Assembly (NCBI GenBank): GCA_028688055.1
Contig: JAQTYZ010000002.1
Span: 4,256-68,255 of the forward strand
DNA length: 64,000 nt
Direction of reading: 5' to 3'
Source: Patescibacteria group bacterium
GTDB lineage: Bacteria > Patescibacteriota > Patescibacteriia > Buchananbacterales > UBA6539
Shown here: positions 15,372 to 25,023 of the stretch, in pieces
How the letters are laid out: each line of letters starts with the position of its first letter
Numbering within the stretch: the stretch's first letter is position 1
Program-made: the position numbers and the translations under genes
Notes under the pieces: generated by a model
Told to the model about the DNA's origin: nothing
The model's input: the letters and a program-made list of their open reading frames with translations, nothing else
Databases searched by the model: none

Positions 15372-16106
15372 TTAGATATCATAATTTTTTACCATGCCAT
15401 CTAATCTTTTTATTTCAAAACCGACGCGTTGGCATTTATTGCCACAATTGGGACAAGACTCTCCTTCCAAAATCGTACCTACATCTCCAGTGCGAAATCC
15501 CTCTGGATAATGATTGGAATAAAATATCAATTCATTATTTAGCGAATCGACCTCAAACTTGCCTGATTCGGTAAAAACATGGTAACCACATGACAAATCA
15601 TCACAAGTTGTCCAGGCGACTCTCGCTTCAGTGAAACCATAGGTAGCATAAATTATTGTTCCTGGGCAGAGCATCCTTGATTCTTGAATAAATTTATTGT
15701 TGATGCCATTAGCTCCGATAATTAATTTCATCCGACTGAGATCGACATTATTTTCTTTGGCTAGGTTTAATGTCTTAAGAATGTAACCGGGCAGGCCGGC
15801 AATCATTTCCGGTGGAAATGATTTCATGATATTTATGGTTTTTTCTGATGTCACATGTTTGCCGCCACCGGTGTTTATTGTTAGAGAGCCGGTTATTTCT
15901 CCATACATGGCACCTAAATAATACCCCAGGTGAGGGGCAAAAGGTAATAAATTATAATAAACTCCGGCTTGCTTGTGGATCATCGAAAATCTAGAAATAC
16001 ATTTTTCCATGTTGATTTTGTCTTCCATGGTGTAAATTATCGGCTTAGCGCTTTTACCGGATGTTCCCGAACTGAAGAGAAGGAGAATGGGAGTGTTATT
16101 TTTCAT
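15372..16106 (-). CDS. Short adenylate-forming enzyme (phenylacetate-CoA ligase-like)
   Basis: SSGTSG..K P-loop, YGFTE, RTGD motifs; begins at the P-loop and lacks the C-terminal subdomain. Confidence 0.7.
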   Translation of the reverse strand: MKNNTPILLLFSSGTSGKSAKPIIYTMEDKINMEKCISRFSMIHKQAGVYYNLLPFAPHLGYYLGAMYGEITGSLTINTGGGKHVTSEKTINIMKSFPPEMIAGLPGYILKTLNLAKENNVDLSRMKLIIGANGINNKFIQESRMLCPGTIIYATYGFTEARVAWTTCDDLSCGYHVFTESGKFEVDSLNNELIFYSNHYPEGFRTGDVGTILEGESCPNCGNKCQRVGFEIKRLDGMVKNYDI

Positions 16107-16113
16107 ATGTTTC

Positions 16114-16863
16114 TTATTTATGAAATACTAATAATAAATATTTTCGGTTATCATCGGCGTATATTTTTTTAGAAAATGACCAATTTTTTAAGTATTTTTT
16201 ACTATTTAAATCTTTGGCTAGATTAATTGCAAAATCAGTTGTAGGAATGATATTTTTTGTTAGATCCTGCTTTTCAATAAGTACATATTTATTTTGACTT
16301 AATATTTTTATTAATTTAACTTCAGTATTCTTTAGTGGTACACCCTCCTTATCAAATTCATCAAGAATTATTAGACTACTATGTTCTTTTAAGCAACTTA
16401 CTATATTTGATATAGCTAATTCAGTATTTATAAAATATTGGTATGATTCTATTAAAACCGCAAGATCAAATTTTTTATCAATTTTTAAATTTTCTGCCGA
16501 AGTAAGAAGAAATGATACTTTGGGATTATGTTTTTTACCATACTTGATAAAATTTTGGTCAGGCACCACACAAAGACAATGGTAATTTTTATTCATAAAT
16601 TGTCTGGCCATACTGCCGATTCCACCGCCAACATCAATAATATCTTTTGTATCTACTGGAATTTTATCAATTACTAGTTTTGATAGATTTTCTTGAGCGT
16701 CAATTATGCTATCATTTTTGTTTTTGTAATAACCATAATGTATATGTTTCCAACCAAAAACTTTTAAAAAAGTAAAATGGGCCGACAAAAAATCCTTCTC
16801 CTTAATAATTTTAATTCTGAGATATATTATTTTTATTTTATAAATTATTTTTGAATAACACAT
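16114..16863 (-). CDS. Class I SAM-dependent methyltransferase
   Basis: HIHYGYY, AQE, IIDVGGGIG motif I, FDL..LIES. Confidence 0.85.
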   Translation of the reverse strand: MCYSKIIYKIKIIYLRIKIIKEKDFLSAHFTFLKVFGWKHIHYGYYKNKNDSIIDAQENLSKLVIDKIPVDTKDIIDVGGGIGSMARQFMNKNYHCLCVVPDQNFIKYGKKHNPKVSFLLTSAENLKIDKKFDLAVLIESYQYFINTELAISNIVSCLKEHSSLIILDEFDKEGVPLKNTEVKLIKILSQNKYVLIEKQDLTKNIIPTTDFAINLAKDLNSKKYLKNWSFSKKIYADDNRKYLLLVFHK

Positions 16864-16866
16864 ATT

Positions 16867-18969
16867 TTATATTAATAAACTCCAATCGGCATCAATACAT
16901 GTTAAATATAAATCGTCAGTTTCAATTGGGTAGCAAGAGTCATTATAAGTAAAATAAATCTCCCTTCCTTTATAATAGTTTCTCAAATGTAAAATTTTCA
17001 ATAGCCTCATATCAGTTGTAACTAATCTTAATTTTCTCACCCCCAATTTTTGGCAAAAATATTCAATGGCTAAAAATATACTAGCATTAATATATTCATT
17101 TAAAATCAGTATATCGGAAATAACAGCATTAGTTTCATTTTTCTCTAATGAAAAATAACCGATTATTTTGCTGCTTTTTTTAACAATAAATAAGTCCATT
17201 TTTTTTGGGGAATCTATTATTCTCCATTTTATAAATTCCCAATTTCGAACTACCCCAACATTAATTTCAGTTTTTTTACGTTCCCAAAGGCTGTTTATTT
17301 CTTTTTCACCTTCATCGGCACTAACTTTTTCGATAGTTAATTCACTCTGAATGATTTTCTCATTAAAGTTTAATATTTTAGGCCAACATAACCAGTATAA
17401 TCTTTTTTCAAGGAGATTAGATTTGATGGTTTTATTTGCTTGATGGGCGCCAGCAGCTGGAACCACTCTGCCATATACAGAATTCATTTTTTTATTGACA
17501 AACCCCCATGGCAAAAAATTACCTTGATCAATAAGCATACTAAAACAACTTTTAATAAACCCCTGATCTCGATATTGTTTTTCTATCCCCACCTCAGCAA
17601 TTTGATGAATAATTTGCTCCTTTGAATAGTATTTGATTTTGTGGCGTAAAACAGCAAATTGTCCGATTATTTCTTTTGTGCTATTCTCAGCAACAAGTAT
17701 CATTGAGCCCATTGGACAGTTCTTATATTTCCAAATCCATTTAGCATAATCCGTGGGATCAAAAATTTTATTGATAATATTGATCAGCCCCGCTTCATCG
17801 CCAGCTTGGTATGGCCTTATTTTGTAAAGGAGTTTTTCTAATTGTTGTTGGTTGTCAGCCATTTTTTTTGTGGCGAATGGCAACTGTTTTAATTTTTTAT
17901 AAAGCCATGGCGAATATTTTTTCAAAAAAATTCCAACGAGTCCCAACAACCTATCGATCAAAATTTTACTATTAATCCACATCGAAGCAGGCTGTTTGAA
18001 TTTCAATAAAAAATAATATAAATCCGGAGATAGTTTTTTTAGAGCAAGACCCCACCAACCAATAAATCGATCAATAAGCCATTTTGGGCAGGAGAATATT
18101 ATTTGCCTAATTAAATGATGATGATATTTTTTCAATTCTTCGTCACTCCAAACAAATTGAGCTGATGGACGGTTATTTAAATTAATTTGGTCAGCTTTGC
18201 TTAAGTTATCTTTCCATGTATTGTAAATTGATTGGCAATAATAAATTGGTTTTTGATAAGAAATAAAATGCACCATAATTGATTTTAGCTTTTTTGGTTC
18301 TATGTAATAATTCTTTAATTGATTATAATTCAGACAGTAGATAGGTGATAAATTATCCCACTCGTTGGCAAAATATAAACTCAGGATAAATTCGTCAATG
18401 TTACCAATATGATTTTGGTATTTAATTAGGAGAGATTTTAAATCATCAAATGTTTTGTGTGTTATGATTTCAGTATTGATAACAAGGAAGTTACAGCAAG
18501 GTATTGGCAAGTTGAGATTATATTTTTTCAGATTAGTTTGTTGGAATTTATTATTAAGCTCGTAAAATCTTAAAAAATGTTTCAATTTAACCTGCCAGAA
18601 GAAATACCGAATACCCGTTGCGGCTATTTTATTTGTGTCTAATAAATTATCTAATGAGGCAGTTACTATCAAGTCAGCATCCAGAAAAATTATTTTATCC
18701 CATTGCTTGAATTCTGATGTAAATAAATAGAGTTTACTCAATATGACTGCCGGCCAGCGCCCAACTAATTTTTCTGCCAATGGTTCGCATTTTTTGATTA
18801 AGATGCCTTTGTCTCTAAACCATTTCAAATCTTCTTCCGGCACTTCATGAGCTAACAGCATATAATCGCCTTGCCAACCAGAATTAAAATAAACACTGCT
18901 AAATAATTGCTTAGCAAAGTCTAAATATTTTTTATCGGCTAGAGTGACAAGAAGATTTTTTTTATTCAT
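16867..18969 (-). CDS. Glycosyltransferase family 8 fused to a C-terminal GNAT acetyltransferase-like domain
   Basis: KLYLF, FLDAD, HF...QKP (GT8); IRPYQAGDE...WKY...ILVAE...IIGQ...QYRDQG (GNAT). Confidence 0.8.
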   Translation of the reverse strand: MNKKNLLVTLADKKYLDFAKQLFSSVYFNSGWQGDYMLLAHEVPEEDLKWFRDKGILIKKCEPLAEKLVGRWPAVILSKLYLFTSEFKQWDKIIFLDADLIVTASLDNLLDTNKIAATGIRYFFWQVKLKHFLRFYELNNKFQQTNLKKYNLNLPIPCCNFLVINTEIITHKTFDDLKSLLIKYQNHIGNIDEFILSLYFANEWDNLSPIYCLNYNQLKNYYIEPKKLKSIMVHFISYQKPIYYCQSIYNTWKDNLSKADQINLNNRPSAQFVWSDEELKKYHHHLIRQIIFSCPKWLIDRFIGWWGLALKKLSPDLYYFLLKFKQPASMWINSKILIDRLLGLVGIFLKKYSPWLYKKLKQLPFATKKMADNQQQLEKLLYKIRPYQAGDEAGLINIINKIFDPTDYAKWIWKYKNCPMGSMILVAENSTKEIIGQFAVLRHKIKYYSKEQIIHQIAEVGIEKQYRDQGFIKSCFSMLIDQGNFLPWGFVNKKMNSVYGRVVPAAGAHQANKTIKSNLLEKRLYWLCWPKILNFNEKIIQSELTIEKVSADEGEKEINSLWERKKTEINVGVVRNWEFIKWRIIDSPKKMDLFIVKKSSKIIGYFSLEKNETNAVISDILILNEYINASIFLAIEYFCQKLGVRKLRLVTTDMRLLKILHLRNYYKGREIYFTYNDSCYPIETDDLYLTCIDADWSLLI

Positions 18970-19971
18970 TTTTTATTAATTTTTTTAAAAAGTAGTATGA
19001 TTTTGGATAATCTTTTTTAAGCCAAATACCAGTTAATCCGATTAAGAAGTCGAGTGACTCAATCAGCCGATATAACATCGCATAAGGAATAAAAAATACT
19101 CTTCGCATTTTTAACAGTAATTCGTATTTTTTTATTTCAAAATGACCCCAAATCTTGGTTGGCGGCAGGCGCAAGCTTAAATTAATTTCATCAGCACGAT
19201 CAAGGTTGTAGCGCCATATCTTATAAAAATAGGGGTGATAATCAATCGGTTTCTGGCAATTGAAAAAATTAATAATGATTGCCCTCGTTTTTTGTGGTTT
19301 TAGACAATTATATTTGATTAAGCTGAAAACATTAAGACAATAGAGCGGTGATATTATTTGTAGTTGTTTAATAAAATATAAAGTTAAGATCATTTCTTCA
19401 AGTGCTCCAAAAATAGTTTGATATTTATCTGCCAATTCTTTCAACCCAGTAAATGTATTTTTTTTTATAATAGTGGTGGAAAAGACGAAAACTCCACCAC
19501 TTAACATGAGGGAATTCAAGTCGTAAAGTTTTTCGCCTTCGCGCCTTATTTTTTTGTCAGCCTTATAAAAAAGATGTTTGAGACGGGATTTTTGCAGATA
19601 CAAGCTGTAGTTTGTAAAGCCAGCTATATTTTTAACTTCAAGTAAGTCATCTAGTGAAGCACAAACAATCAAGTCAGCATCCAGAAAAATTATTTTATCC
19701 CATTGCTTGAATTCTGATGTAAATAAATAGAGTTTACTCAATATGACTGCCGGCCAGCGCCCAACTAATTTTTCTGCCAATGGTTCGCATTTTTTGATTA
19801 AGATGCCTTTGTCTCTAAACCATTTCAAATCTTCTTCCGGCACTTCATGAGCTAACAGCATATAATCGCCTTGCCAACCAGAATTAAAATAAACACTGCT
19901 AAATAATTGCTTAGCAAAGTCTAAATATTTTTTATCGGCTAGAGTGACAAGAAGATTTTTTTTATTCATTT
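18668..19971. repeat. Identical 304-bp direct repeat, offset exactly 1000 bp, forming the 5' ends of both GT8 genes
   Basis: 18668-18971 equals 19668-19971; the first ~100 aa are identical in both translations. Confidence 0.9.
18962..19969 (-). CDS. Glycosyltransferase family 8
   Basis: FLDAD, LSGGVFV, QKP; paralog of 16867-18969. Confidence 0.8.
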   Translation of the reverse strand: MNKKNLLVTLADKKYLDFAKQLFSSVYFNSGWQGDYMLLAHEVPEEDLKWFRDKGILIKKCEPLAEKLVGRWPAVILSKLYLFTSEFKQWDKIIFLDADLIVCASLDDLLEVKNIAGFTNYSLYLQKSRLKHLFYKADKKIRREGEKLYDLNSLMLSGGVFVFSTTIIKKNTFTGLKELADKYQTIFGALEEMILTLYFIKQLQIISPLYCLNVFSLIKYNCLKPQKTRAIIINFFNCQKPIDYHPYFYKIWRYNLDRADEINLSLRLPPTKIWGHFEIKKYELLLKMRRVFFIPYAMLYRLIESLDFLIGLTGIWLKKDYPKSYYFLKKLIKNE

Positions 19972-19985
19972 ACTCCGTTAAATAC

Positions 19986-20285
19986 TTATTTTGCAATAAT
20001 AATCTTAAAGACGGGGTCTAGCTCACCAAACCAGGAATCCGTATGATAATTAATTATTGGTAGGAATATCTCGAAACTACCAATCATTTTTGGGCCAATT
20101 GTAACATCAACAAAAAAATCAACGGCCGGGCCTGGTAATACCGGATCGGGAAGCTTGAGTCTTAGGCCGTCATACAAGCGGTCTCTTAACTCACAACCAT
20201 CTTAAAGAAGTTAAAAGTTAGGACCAATATTGTTCATTTTAAAGGAAAAGTTTACTTTTTGTCCAACCTTAAATATAGAAGGTGT
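19986..20285 (-). pseudogene. Decayed NBR1-type Ig-like domain, in frame behind the GT4 stop codon
   Basis: Translation TPSIFKVGQKVNFSFKMNNIGPNF*LL*DGCELRD...VLPG...WFGE aligns by eye with the C-terminal domain of 21384-23318. Confidence 0.6.
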
Positions 20286-21374
20286 TTAGGATGATGCCTT
20301 TATCTTTTCCTTTATTTTATCAATAAAAATCTTAGTATCAAATTTTCTAGCTTGCTTAATGCATTCTTCTCTATATTTTTCCGGACTTAAACCAATATTC
20401 CTTACTGCCTCTACTATTTTGTATTCATCGATATTGTCAATCAATTTTCCCGTCACCCCGTCAATCATTGTTTCACGATAGCCCCCTTCATTCGGAGCAA
20501 TAACCGGTTTACCCGATGCCATTGCCTCCAAAGGTGCCAAACCAAAATCCTCTTGATACGAAGTTGTAATAAATCCCTTGCAAGTTGCGTAAAGTTTAAT
20601 TAAGTCTTGATCACTAACCCAACTAATTATTTCAACATTATTTGGTTTTAAGTTTTGAATTTTTTTTAGGTATTGCTTAAAGTGTTTTGATTGTTCATAA
20701 CTGCCGACGATGACTAACTTTTCAGTTGGTAACCTGCGAAATGCTGCCAGTTGTATTTCAATCCTCTTGTAACCCACCAAACGATTAACCGAAAGCCAAA
20801 AATCACCGTTGTTTTCATACTGATATTTAGTGGTGTCAATCGGCGGATAAATCACGCTGGACTCACGATGAAAGTATTGTTCAATTCGCTTTTGTACCGT
20901 GGCCGAAATCGCTACAATTTTATTAACCGATCTAACGTCACGCCGATTACCGGCTCGCCTTAATTGGACCCAAACGTCAAATATCCAACGGGCATACCAG
21001 GGTACAATATTATTGCGGGTATCTGAATAAAGATCCCAAATCTCTCGAAGCGGCGAATAAACATACCACAAATTCGGCCGATTATGGACTGCCGCGCTCA
21101 TCGCCCAATCACCGGCAATAATGTAAAAATCATAGGCCGTTTTTAAATTCAAGCGCCGAAATTTCCAATAAGCTGCTTCTTGCTTAAATGGAGCATTAAT
21201 GGGTATTTTGCCAATACTATAAATATTATTCGTCGCAAACCCCATTTGCCTTATCTTGGCGTGGTCAATATTTGTGGTATAAATATCTGCTCCAAGCTCT
21301 TTGGCCAACATTAAATCTACCAGCTCCGCGCCACCAATGTTGTCCATAAAATTATGAAAAATTACAACTTTCAT
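20286..21374 (-). CDS. Glycosyltransferase family 4 (GT-B)
   Basis: GGAE, IYPP, RLVGYKR, EDFGLAPLEAMASGKPVIA. Confidence 0.92.
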   Translation of the reverse strand: MKVVIFHNFMDNIGGAELVDLMLAKELGADIYTTNIDHAKIRQMGFATNNIYSIGKIPINAPFKQEAAYWKFRRLNLKTAYDFYIIAGDWAMSAAVHNRPNLWYVYSPLREIWDLYSDTRNNIVPWYARWIFDVWVQLRRAGNRRDVRSVNKIVAISATVQKRIEQYFHRESSVIYPPIDTTKYQYENNGDFWLSVNRLVGYKRIEIQLAAFRRLPTEKLVIVGSYEQSKHFKQYLKKIQNLKPNNVEIISWVSDQDLIKLYATCKGFITTSYQEDFGLAPLEAMASGKPVIAPNEGGYRETMIDGVTGKLIDNIDEYKIVEAVRNIGLSPEKYREECIKQARKFDTKIFIDKIKEKIKASS

Positions 21375-21383
21375 TAATTTAGA

Positions 21384-23318
21384 TTATTTAGCCTCAACAT
21401 TAATTGAAACTTTCAAAGAATCCCCAAACCAACCGATGCTTTCTTGAAACATTCTCAGTTCGGTTTCATAGACGCCACGGAAAGAGCCACGATATCTTGT
21501 GATTATTCTAAACTCATACTCTTCACCGGGCAGTATTTTTTTTTCCACTCTTTTAAACGTCTGCCCAGACACATCCCGTAATTCAAAATTTAAGGCCGGC
21601 AACCAGGCTGTTGTTCCGCTGTTCTTAATCGTAACCGTCAACGTCCTCGCCTCACCAACTGTCGTTGCTTGAGGGATATCACTACTAACAATTTTTGCAT
21701 CAAAATAATTCTGTTTTACCAAATAGCCAGAATTATTGCGATAAACAATATTAGCCAAATCATAATACTTTTCCTGATTTAACTCTTGGAAATTAGTAAT
21801 CCCGACAATCGGGTCTTTGATGTAATCATTAAATTCGCCACTAATTTTTAGGTCATTATTGGTCACAATGTATAAATGCTTAGCGTGTGGTGGAAATAGC
21901 ATCGCCTGATAAGCCTCAATCTCGACGATTGATGATGACACCGAATAGCCTTGATCGTTTGCCCAGTCAACTAGCTCGCGCACTTCATTAGGAATATATC
22001 TAATGTTACTACGAACGTCATAAAAGGGCGTGCCAAAAAAGTCCGTTTTAAAAATAAAAATCGACGGGTAGGCAAAAGTTGCACTAACCACAAAAAAAAT
22101 GATCAATGGCAATCTGATAATTTTTATTTTATCAATTGCCCAGACCAAACCTTGAGCGGCTAATATACTCATCGGGGAAAAAATAAACTCCAGCGTTCTA
22201 AATGGGTCAAAGGGGATATCCCGTAAATTATGCACCAAATAAAAATGGTAAAGTGCTACTCCCCATAAAACGGGAAAATATAAACACGCCAAAACTAAAT
22301 TATTAGTAATCCGATCGCGACTGACAAAAAATCCAACCATAATCAAAAAACCAAGCACCATAAATTGAACCCAAATTTGTGGCGGGTAGGCTATTGGCAA
22401 AATATTATATACGACCGCTCGAAAAAAAATCAGCAGTGTCGCCACCAGCACTATTACCAAAGCCGGAGATTTTATCCGATTAAGATTAAGCCATTGTTTG
22501 ATGACATTAAGCTTTAAAAAAATAAGAATGATTGTCGACGCACCAACCAACAGAAAAAATGGATTCACGCTTAAAATCTCTTGCAACAAAAAAATGCCAC
22601 GCCTAAAAAATAACGCCCAATAAACCAATGAGATAAACGTCACCCCACCAATTGTCAACCAAGCCACCAAAGCCTTTTTTTTATCATCAATAAAAACCAT
22701 AGTGTACATCATAATCCATCCAATGATAAACAACGCCGACCCATAATGGGACATAATCATTAATATAAATATGGCCATTAACCTTAACCAGCGACCAACA
22801 GTCAATGAAACCGACGGACCTGAACCGAAATACTGGTCAAATAAATAGATCACCAACGGGAAAAAAAACAGTCCCATTGTTTCCCTGATTGGCTGAGCGC
22901 TCCAGTAAATGTGAGGGATGAAAATGGCTATTAAAAAAAGTGCCCACAGGCTAATCTGGTTTGAAAAATATTTTTTTGAAAACAAATAAAAAAATAGTAA
23001 CCCCAAACAGGCGAAGACCTGCGGTACAAATAAATAAATTTTTAGAAGCTCAAAATCAGACAAGACGTAAAGACCATACACCAAAATATGTAATACCGGG
23101 AATGCACCATAATCAAAATAACTGCCATACAGATGGATTTGTCCAAAATCGGACAAATATTTAACCTGCGTAAAATCACGCATTCCCTCATCGGCAAACG
23201 GGATATCATACCCCAACAAATATGGCAAAACTCGAACCACGTAGGCAACAAATAAAATCGCCGCCACGCAAAGCTTTTCATTTCTAAAAAATGGGCTGAT
23301 TTTATTAAGGTAAATCAT
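21384..23318 (-). CDS. Polytopic membrane protein, probable GT-C glycosyltransferase with C-terminal NBR1-like Ig domain
   Basis: Many TM helices, acidic DE loop after TM1; VTIKNSGTTAW...ILPGE...WFG. Confidence 0.65.
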   Translation of the reverse strand: MIYLNKISPFFRNEKLCVAAILFVAYVVRVLPYLLGYDIPFADEGMRDFTQVKYLSDFGQIHLYGSYFDYGAFPVLHILVYGLYVLSDFELLKIYLFVPQVFACLGLLFFYLFSKKYFSNQISLWALFLIAIFIPHIYWSAQPIRETMGLFFFPLVIYLFDQYFGSGPSVSLTVGRWLRLMAIFILMIMSHYGSALFIIGWIMMYTMVFIDDKKKALVAWLTIGGVTFISLVYWALFFRRGIFLLQEILSVNPFFLLVGASTIILIFLKLNVIKQWLNLNRIKSPALVIVLVATLLIFFRAVVYNILPIAYPPQIWVQFMVLGFLIMVGFFVSRDRITNNLVLACLYFPVLWGVALYHFYLVHNLRDIPFDPFRTLEFIFSPMSILAAQGLVWAIDKIKIIRLPLIIFFVVSATFAYPSIFIFKTDFFGTPFYDVRSNIRYIPNEVRELVDWANDQGYSVSSSIVEIEAYQAMLFPPHAKHLYIVTNNDLKISGEFNDYIKDPIVGITNFQELNQEKYYDLANIVYRNNSGYLVKQNYFDAKIVSSDIPQATTVGEARTLTVTIKNSGTTAWLPALNFELRDVSGQTFKRVEKKILPGEEYEFRIITRYRGSFRGVYETELRMFQESIGWFGDSLKVSINVEAK

Positions 23319-25023
23319 TGGTTTTATCCTGCCGGTATTTAATAATCTCCGGCCAGTTAGTATTATAAACCATCATTAAGCCATCATCATACACTTTAGC
23401 AAAATGTGAATCATAATAATTAAAAATATTATCCGTCACCGGTGTCGTCTCGAAACTGTTGGAGTAAAGAATTTTTTTCATCGACGTCGATAGAATAATA
23501 TAGGTGTCAGTAATACCAGCACCAATCTCATCGTAGCGATAAAAAAGTCGCTGATAATCTAAGTCCTTATCTTGAAAAAAATGAACATCATTTTTTCCTA
23601 AATATCGAAACAGCGCGGCTGTTCTGAGATCACTCATATATAGCCCCGGCCAATCCAACTCAATTATTTTGCCAGCCGACTCAACTTCTGCCTTCTCGTA
23701 ATAACGCCTCATTGTAAATGGATCCCTAAAAATCATAAATTCTGAGACTATCAATAATACTAACGTTCCGACCACAATGGTTTTGCGCCACTTATAATGA
23801 GTTGTCCAGTAGATTGCGAAAGCCACATAGGCCAACGGGAAAGAATAGTCCAAAATCCGACCATAATAAAATTCGAGACTTAGCGTTGCCGCAATACCAA
23901 CAACACCCAACAACCATCCTAAGATTATGCTCGAGTTAACGTTTTTTTTGCTGAAGTAAAAATGATATAACAAAAATAGAATATAAAAATGAGTTAGAAT
24001 AACTTGGGCAAAACTATTGTTTAATGTCACCGTTGAAATGTAATAATTTTTAACCCCGAGCTTCAGCAAACCGTCAAACACCGGCTGCTGAAAAAATATC
24101 AAAAAAGCAGCCGGGGCCAACAGGGCTAAAAATAAATATTCGGATTTAACATAACGGCCTAGCTTTGATGAAGTTTTTATTGTAAGAAAAGCCACTAAAC
24201 CAACAAAAAAAATACCGCTCAAGATGAAAAATACGTGGGTTATTCCACTATTAATAAAAGCATTACGGATTAAGACTACTTCACTGCTGTCAACGTAAAT
24301 TAACCACAGTAAGTAGAAAGCAAAAATAAAACTTATTACTAAAAAGGCAAGTCGATCAGCAAGTTTAAACCATACCAAAGAAACCACTAAACCACCGATA
24401 ATCGCGACTAAGGCCGCGGCACCGGTATGGTAAGAGGTGAGTGACACCAGGGCCGAAATTATAAACAAAAAGATACATAAAATGTTTTTATTTTTTAAAT
24501 ACTTTACTAAAAATAACAGCGACAAAAAAATAAAAACATAACACAGCCCGCTATCGTTAACAATGATATTTCTGGTATAGTATAAAAAATTTTCTGGGGC
24601 AACGGCAAACAATGCCGCGGTTAAAACACCGCCAATCAATTTGCCGGATAGTTCCCAACCTAAAAATAACAAGGCGAAAAAACCAATAAAATAAATAATA
24701 TAAAAATTTCCCAGCACCGCGTTAAAAACATAACCAAACCAAAATTTCATCGGGTATTCAGCAATCTGATCGGTAAAATGTCTCGCCCCTCCCTGGTTGA
24801 CATTTTCCCCGCCCTGAAGCTCAAACGCCTCATAAGGTGATAATTGAAGATAAAAATGTTGCGGCGGCCAAGATCGCAAACAATAGCCGACTATGAACAT
24901 CAAAAAAACGCCGGCAACAAAAAACGTTTTCCGAAGTGAAAGATAATTTCTAGATTTATGGGTTATCCACAAATCAATTCGGCTAATAACTTGCCTAACT
25001 AAATCCCAATAAGTTACGATCAT
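23305..25023 (-). CDS. Polytopic membrane protein, probable GT-C glycosyltransferase
   Basis: About 12 TM helices, soluble C-terminal domain ending KVYDDG..VY; located in a GT operon. Confidence 0.55.
   Translation of the reverse strand: MIVTYWDLVRQVISRIDLWITHKSRNYLSLRKTFFVAGVFLMFIVGYCLRSWPPQHFYLQLSPYEAFELQGGENVNQGGARHFTDQIAEYPMKFWFGYVFNAVLGNFYIIYFIGFFALLFLGWELSGKLIGGVLTAALFAVAPENFLYYTRNIIVNDSGLCYVFIFLSLLFLVKYLKNKNILCIFLFIISALVSLTSYHTGAAALVAIIGGLVVSLVWFKLADRLAFLVISFIFAFYLLWLIYVDSSEVVLIRNAFINSGITHVFFILSGIFFVGLVAFLTIKTSSKLGRYVKSEYLFLALLAPAAFLIFFQQPVFDGLLKLGVKNYYISTVTLNNSFAQVILTHFYILFLLYHFYFSKKNVNSSIILGWLLGVVGIAATLSLEFYYGRILDYSFPLAYVAFAIYWTTHYKWRKTIVVGTLVLLIVSEFMIFRDPFTMRRYYEKAEVESAGKIIELDWPGLYMSDLRTAALFRYLGKNDVHFFQDKDLDYQRLFYRYDEIGAGITDTYIILSTSMKKILYSNSFETTPVTDNIFNYYDSHFAKVYDDGLMMVYNTNWPEIIKYRQDKTNDLP

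Noticed and set aside
19986-20288. Stop-codon reassignment or programmed read-through
   Set aside because: TAA, TAG and TGA all terminate conserved or well-supported genes here and Trp is TGG; three TAA codons are better explained by decay.
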